A DNA stretch of 64,000 bases from NCBI GenBank assembly GCA_902594005.1, contig CACJKN010000003.1, positions 7,219 through 71,218 on the forward strand, written 5' to 3'. Origin of the DNA: an uncultured SAR86 cluster bacterium (GTDB taxonomy: Bacteria > Pseudomonadota > Gammaproteobacteria > Magnimaribacterales > D2472). The notes under the pieces are model-generated. The model had not been told where the DNA came from, ran no database searches, and saw only the letters and a program-made list of their open reading frames with translations. The position numbers and the translations under genes are program-made. Positions 59,208 through 64,000 of the stretch are shown one piece after another; the stretch's first letter is position 1; each line of letters starts with the position of its first letter.

Positions 59208-59740
59208 TAGTCAGATTCTGGTTCTGCATTTGCAGCTCCATCTAGCGCATCTGTAACTTGCTCAGTAATACTTACAGAGCCATCGAAATAAAGAGCTTGA
59301 TCTGCGCCTAGTAATAATTGAATCTTTTTAGCAACAATAAGATCATTTATTATTTGCATCATTGCTGGATTTAATTCAGCTGCAACAGTTTGAATTGTTT
59401 CATTTTGTTTAGCTTGTATTTTACCAAGAACAAACTCAAGATCAGTGGACTTTTCCTGTATATCTTTTTGCAAATCTGCAATTTCATTATCTGCAAGTGT
59501 TTCTGCGTCTTTTTGGAGAGTTTCAATCAGACTTTGTCTGTCTGCTTGAAGCTGTTTAGCTTGCTCAACCATGGATGCATATTCGCTTTCCTCTTCAAGT
59601 GCTTTAAAAGCATCTTGAGCAACTTGTGTTTGAAGTATTGCAGCTTGCGTATCTATTACAGCAACATTCTGCGTAAGTGCATTTGCAGAAAATAAGCCTA
59701 GAAATCCCAGACATGCAATGTATGTAACTAATTTCTTCAT
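59207..59740 (-). CDS. skp: Periplasmic chaperone Skp (OmpH family)
   Basis: Signal peptide (MKKLVTYIACLGFLGLFSANA), a coiled-coil Gln/Glu-rich body, and a position between bamA and lpxD. Confidence 0.85.
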   Translation of the reverse strand: MKKLVTYIACLGFLGLFSANALTQNVAVIDTQAAILQTQVAQDAFKALEEESEYASMVEQAKQLQADRQSLIETLQKDAETLADNEIADLQKDIQEKSTDLEFVLGKIQAKQNETIQTVAAELNPAMMQIINDLIVAKKIQLLLGADQALYFDGSVSITEQVTDALDGAANAEPESD

Positions 59741-59802
59741 AATAAGCCCCTTTTTAAGTTCGTATATTCTATATTAAATTGCATAAAAAACACTAATAAA
59801 AT

Positions 59803-62235
59803 TTAAAACACAGTGCCAATAGTAAACTGGAATTCTTCTGTTCTTTCATATCTATCTTCATTATAGGGCTTAGAAATAGCAAAACTCATTGGGCCAAATC
59901 CTGTTATCCAGGTCAAACCAAGTCCAATGGAGTATCTTAATTCTTCAATGCTCGGTTTATAGCAACTAACTTGGTATTCTCTACATTCCATAGAAAATAC
60001 GTTACCAAAGTCAAAAAAGAATGCTGTTCTCATTGATCTTTGATCTTCAACCATGGGCAACTTAAAAATCAACTGCATACTCCCTTCAACTTTTACATCT
60101 CCACCAATTGGATCATCCCTTTGATAGATAATGCTTTGGTTATAAGCAGGGCTATCAGGAATGCCATCAAAATTAGTATCTACAAGGGCTGGACATAAAT
60201 CATTAATACTGTCGAATCCATAACAGGGAGTTGGCGTTGCCCTTGGTCCAAGAGTATTAGATTCAAATCCTCTTAAAGACCTTGGACCACCCGCATAAAA
60301 ATGCTGAAAGAAAGGAACATTCTTTGTATCGCCATAAGGCGCTAAATAGCCTAATTCACCTTGAAATCCAAAAACTAAATCAAGAAAATTTAGCGGTTGG
60401 TAAAATTTTTGTCGTATATTAAGTTTGTAGTAATTAATATCGCTTGCGGGCAATGTAGTTAAAAATAAGGCTTCTGTTGATGCTCCATCTGTAGGGAACA
60501 TTCCTCGATTAAGAGTAATTCTAGACCAAACTGCCTGAGCTGATAGAGTCTGAAAAGAATTTCCTTCATCAATAAGAAAATCTAATATATCTCTAACAGG
60601 AATCGTTCCTTGATCAATTTCAGTTTTATCATATGTTAAATTTAGGCCTACTCTTTGAGTATCAGATATTGGATACCCAAACTGTAAACCTAGGCCCTGA
60701 GAGTCTGATGTATAGTTTGCAATATTAAACTCACCATAATCTGTTTTACGATAATATAAGCTATACCCTCGACTAGCTCCATCTACAGTGAAATAAGGAT
60801 CATAAAAAGAGAGATTATAAACTTCTTGATAAATACTTTTATTTATTGCAATGCCTACTGAGTTACCCGAACCTAAAAAATTTCTTTCTTGCAAATTGAA
60901 GCCTATCATGAGACCAAAATCACTGTAACCCAAGTTCCCTCCAACATTACCGGTTGTTTCTTCTTCAACCTTGAACTTAATGTCGATTTGATCATCTGTG
61001 CCAGTGACTGGAACAGTTTCAACACTGACCTCTTTAAAAAAACCAAGTCTTTCTAGCCTTACTCTTGATTGCTCTATCTTGTCATCAGAAGCCCAAGCCC
61101 CTTCAAATTGTCTCATTTCTCTTCTTAAGACATCATCCTGCGTAATCTCATTACCCTCAAATAAGATTTTTCTTGCATATGTTCGCTTTCCAGGGTCAAT
61201 GACAAAACTTAAATCAACTTCTAGTTTTTCTTCATCAATATTTGGCTGGCCTTTAACCGATGCAAAGGCATATCCTTCATTTCCAAGAAGACTAGTGAAA
61301 ATATCTTCTATTTGAGTAATTTGAGCTTGTGAGTATGTTATATTTTTTTGTGTTTCAATTATTGGACTTACAAGTTCATTATTAAGTGGCATTTCACCAA
61401 CAATCCTTACATCATTAATAGTGAATTGGGGCCCCTCAGAAATAATGTATGTTATATAAATACTGCTTCTATCTCTTGAAATACTTACTTGACTGGATTC
61501 AATAGAAAATTGAAGATACCCTCTATCTAAGTAAAATGATTCTAAATTTTCAAGATCGCCTTGTAATTTTTCTCTTGAATACTGATCATCATTTGAGAGA
61601 AAAGAAAGCCAGCTACCCTCACTCAGTTCCATAACATCAAATAGATCATCGTCAGAGAAAATAGCATTACCTAAGATTGTAATCCCATCTATTTTTGCAC
61701 TTTCTCCTTCATCGATTTCAATTGAGATGGATACCCTATTTCTAGGCTCTGGTGTTTCAAATATTTCAACACCTGCTCCATATCTTCCTTGTGAAGAATA
61801 TGATCTTACTAATTCAGCTTTCATCCTCTCAAGAGTTGATCTTTTATAAACTTGACCTTCGGTTATTCCTATACCGTCAAAGCTTTCAAGAAGAACCTCT
61901 GTCTTTAGTGCGCTATTACCTGATATTTCAATTGATGAGATTGATGGTCTTTCAGCTACTGTAATTATAAGAGCATTTCCATCCCTTCCGATCTGGATAT
62001 CATCAAACTGTTCAGTTGCAAAAAGTGCTCTAGTAATATCAACAATCTTTCGTTGATCAATTTTATCTCCAACAGAAAGAGGTATGGTATTAAAAATACT
62101 CCCAGTGGATACTCTTTGAAGTCCAGCAATTCTTATGTCATTAACAATAAAATCATCAAATGCACTCAAGATAGAAACATTCATAAAAATAGTTAAAGCA
62201 ATAATGCTCTTTATTATTTTGGTCAACCTACCCAC
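59803..62235 (-). CDS. bamA: Outer membrane protein assembly factor BamA
   Basis: 810 aa with a signal peptide, POTRA repeats, an Omp85 beta-barrel and a C-terminal aromatic signature (FQFTIGTVF). Confidence 0.96.
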   Translation of the reverse strand: MGRLTKIIKSIIALTIFMNVSILSAFDDFIVNDIRIAGLQRVSTGSIFNTIPLSVGDKIDQRKIVDITRALFATEQFDDIQIGRDGNALIITVAERPSISSIEISGNSALKTEVLLESFDGIGITEGQVYKRSTLERMKAELVRSYSSQGRYGAGVEIFETPEPRNRVSISIEIDEGESAKIDGITILGNAIFSDDDLFDVMELSEGSWLSFLSNDDQYSREKLQGDLENLESFYLDRGYLQFSIESSQVSISRDRSSIYITYIISEGPQFTINDVRIVGEMPLNNELVSPIIETQKNITYSQAQITQIEDIFTSLLGNEGYAFASVKGQPNIDEEKLEVDLSFVIDPGKRTYARKILFEGNEITQDDVLRREMRQFEGAWASDDKIEQSRVRLERLGFFKEVSVETVPVTGTDDQIDIKFKVEEETTGNVGGNLGYSDFGLMIGFNLQERNFLGSGNSVGIAINKSIYQEVYNLSFYDPYFTVDGASRGYSLYYRKTDYGEFNIANYTSDSQGLGLQFGYPISDTQRVGLNLTYDKTEIDQGTIPVRDILDFLIDEGNSFQTLSAQAVWSRITLNRGMFPTDGASTEALFLTTLPASDINYYKLNIRQKFYQPLNFLDLVFGFQGELGYLAPYGDTKNVPFFQHFYAGGPRSLRGFESNTLGPRATPTPCYGFDSINDLCPALVDTNFDGIPDSPAYNQSIIYQRDDPIGGDVKVEGSMQLIFKLPMVEDQRSMRTAFFFDFGNVFSMECREYQVSCYKPSIEELRYSIGLGLTWITGFGPMSFAISKPYNEDRYERTEEFQFTIGTVF

Positions 62236-63557
62236 CTAAAAATATCATTTGTTACAGCAAAGACTAGAAGAAATCCTACCATTAGTGCACCAAGAGTATA
62301 TGCAAAATTTTCAACTCTTGCAGGAAGTGGTTCTCCTCTTATCGCCTCTATCGCAAGCATGGTAAGTTGCCCACCATCTAAAACAGGAATTGGCAGCAAG
62401 TTCAATACGCCTAAACTAATACTTAAAATAGCCATTAAATATAGAAAAGGTAAAAAGCCTGCATTAAATGCTTCGCCAGACATCTTTGCAATCCCAACAG
62501 GACCGCTAAGATTTTCTGCACCCATATTTCCAGTAATCATTTTTCCTATAAATAAAAGTGTTTTTACGCTTAGATTATATGTATCCCTGACTGACTTTGT
62601 GAAAGCTTCAAAAATAGATCTTTTATATGCAGCTGAAATGCCAAGGATTGGATTACCAGCTTCAGAAATTTCAGTGTTTATAAAAAAGTTTTTTGTTTCT
62701 CCATTTCTTTGAATTAAAAGATTAACATTACTATTAGATGAAGATGCGAGGATTTCCGAAACCTCCGCAAAATGATTAACGCTTTTACCATCTATTTCTA
62801 GGATTTTGTCACCTGCCATAACACCAGCAAGCGATGCTGGTCCCTGTCTAGAAAGTGAGCCAATTTCTGGAGATATGTATGATGTTATCCCAATTGGAAA
62901 GAACTTTTCTGGTTCTTGTTGTTGTTCTGAATTACTTAAAAAGTCTACAACACTTATATTTCTAATGTATGTCTCAGAATTTTTAGCATTTAAAAAGCCT
63001 GCTTTTATTTCACCTGTAAGACCAGCATTAGCTAAAAGTGCAAGTCTATATTCTGAAGGGTTTGAGATTTTTTCACCATCTATAGAAAGAAGAATATCGT
63101 TTTTATTAATGTCACCAGATATAGATGAACTAGAAACATATTCACCATCAACAAGAAAAATTGTTTTTACCGTTTGTTGAGATGAAAATATGAAGGTAAA
63201 TATAAATACTGCGAGAATAAAATTAGCAAGAGGGCCAGCAAACATTACAGCTGCTCTTTGCCACTTAGGTTTTGTTTCGAATAAGTTATCTAATTGCTCA
63301 TCAGTAAAGTTTTTTTTCATTTCGGGTTCGGCATCTAGAGCTTTCTTTGATAAATAAGACACATAGCCTCCCAGCGGTAATGCTGATAGAGCAAATTCAG
63401 TCCCTTTTTTATCTTTCTTTTTATAAATAACAGGGCCCATGCCAACTGAAAATCTATCAACATGAACTTTGCACATTCTTAAAACAAAGAAATGACCACC
63501 CTCATGAATTACAACAAGGACACCCAAAAGAATTAGAAAAGCAATTATAGTTATCAT
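62223..63557 (-). CDS. rseP: Site-2 zinc metalloprotease RseP
   Basis: HExxH motif (HEGGHF), PDZ domains and NLLPIPVLDGG. It lies between dxr and bamA. Confidence 0.95.
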   Translation of the reverse strand: MITIIAFLILLGVLVVIHEGGHFFVLRMCKVHVDRFSVGMGPVIYKKKDKKGTEFALSALPLGGYVSYLSKKALDAEPEMKKNFTDEQLDNLFETKPKWQRAAVMFAGPLANFILAVFIFTFIFSSQQTVKTIFLVDGEYVSSSSISGDINKNDILLSIDGEKISNPSEYRLALLANAGLTGEIKAGFLNAKNSETYIRNISVVDFLSNSEQQQEPEKFFPIGITSYISPEIGSLSRQGPASLAGVMAGDKILEIDGKSVNHFAEVSEILASSSNSNVNLLIQRNGETKNFFINTEISEAGNPILGISAAYKRSIFEAFTKSVRDTYNLSVKTLLFIGKMITGNMGAENLSGPVGIAKMSGEAFNAGFLPFLYLMAILSISLGVLNLLPIPVLDGGQLTMLAIEAIRGEPLPARVENFAYTLGALMVGFLLVFAVTNDIFRWVG

Positions 63558-63564
63558 AAGTGTT

Positions 63565-64000
63565 TTAAGTTAGTGATTTTATCACCATATTAGATATATT
63601 GCGTGCCTCCTGATCAATTTCAAAAATATCTTCAATACTATTAAACTTTGACATCTCTTTTGTATCAAAAGTTCGTAAAATTACCTCATATATTTGTCTA
63701 AATGTAATCCTTTTCTTTAGAAAATTTTCTACTGCAATCTCATTAGCAGCATTAAAATAAATTCCCTTTGAGCTATCTTCTCGAACAGCCTCTCTTGCCA
63801 AATGAACAATTTCAGCTCTGTCATTTGGAAAGCTTTCAAAGTTAAGCTTGAGATTATTAAAATCAATGGGCTGGAACGGGATTGAGAGTCTATTATCATA
63901 TGACATTGCGTTAGCAATAGGTACACGCATATCTGGGTTACTCATTTGGCAAATTGAAGATCCATCATTAAATGTAACTATCGAATGAACAATGCTCTCA
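63565..64000 (-). CDS. dxr: 1-deoxy-D-xylulose 5-phosphate reductoisomerase, 5' end outside window
   Basis: The frame stays open upstream of the ORF-track ATG, up to the window edge (..HSIVTFNDGSSICQMSNPDMRVPIANAM..), and matches the Dxr C-terminal half. Confidence 0.9.
   Translation of the reverse strand, partial: ESIVHSIVTFNDGSSICQMSNPDMRVPIANAMSYDNRLSIPFQPIDFNNLKLNFESFPNDRAEIVHLAREAVREDSSKGIYFNAANEIAVENFLKKRITFRQIYEVILRTFDTKEMSKFNSIEDIFEIDQEARNISNMVIKSLT

Overview
This is a very AT-rich, extremely gene-dense chromosomal segment, and almost all of it is core housekeeping. By gene content and order it belongs to a streamlined Gammaproteobacterium; a marine SAR86- or Pseudomonadales-like lineage is my inference, not a computed result. 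I call 60 protein genes, 4 tRNAs (Gln-UUG, elongator Met-CAU, initiator fMet-CAU, Leu-GAG), one sigma70-type promoter, one terminator-like hairpin and one perfect stem-loop. I saw no rRNA, CRISPR array, transposase, integrase or obvious prophage.

The window reads as four conserved synteny blocks as I recall them from Pseudomonas and E. coli:
- moeB-prmC-prfA-hemA / ispE-tRNAGln-prs-rplY-pth-ychF
- pnp-rpsO-truB-rbfA-infB-nusA-rimP-metY / secG-tpiA-glmM-ftsH-rlmE-greA-carBA
- lptGF / pepA-valS
- tilS-accA-dnaE-rnhB-lpxBA-fabZ-lpxD-skp-bamA-rseP-dxr

Genes are joined by overlapping or abutting stop and start codons. The non-core genes sit at the block junctions, and these give the best leads:
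1. A signal-less GH84 (O-GlcNAcase-type) glycosidase homolog is translationally coupled to moeB, in the slot where Pseudomonas has murI.
2. A tandem pair of paralogous 72/78-aa hydrophobic proteins of unknown family lies between tRNA-Met and pnp, separated by a perfect 11-bp hairpin.
3. ValRS lacks its whole C-terminal tRNA-binding arm. TruB lacks its PUA domain and TilS its distal C-terminal domain.
4. A seven-repeat FG-GAP lipoprotein is embedded in an elaA-like / astA-astB string.
5. Conserved neighbours are missing at their usual positions (folP, holC, lolB, the pnp leader).
6. The initiator tRNA has U1/U72 where C1xA72 is usual.

I found no clear multi-gene novel system such as a defence island. 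All family assignments rest on motif recognition by eye and need HMM or BLAST confirmation.
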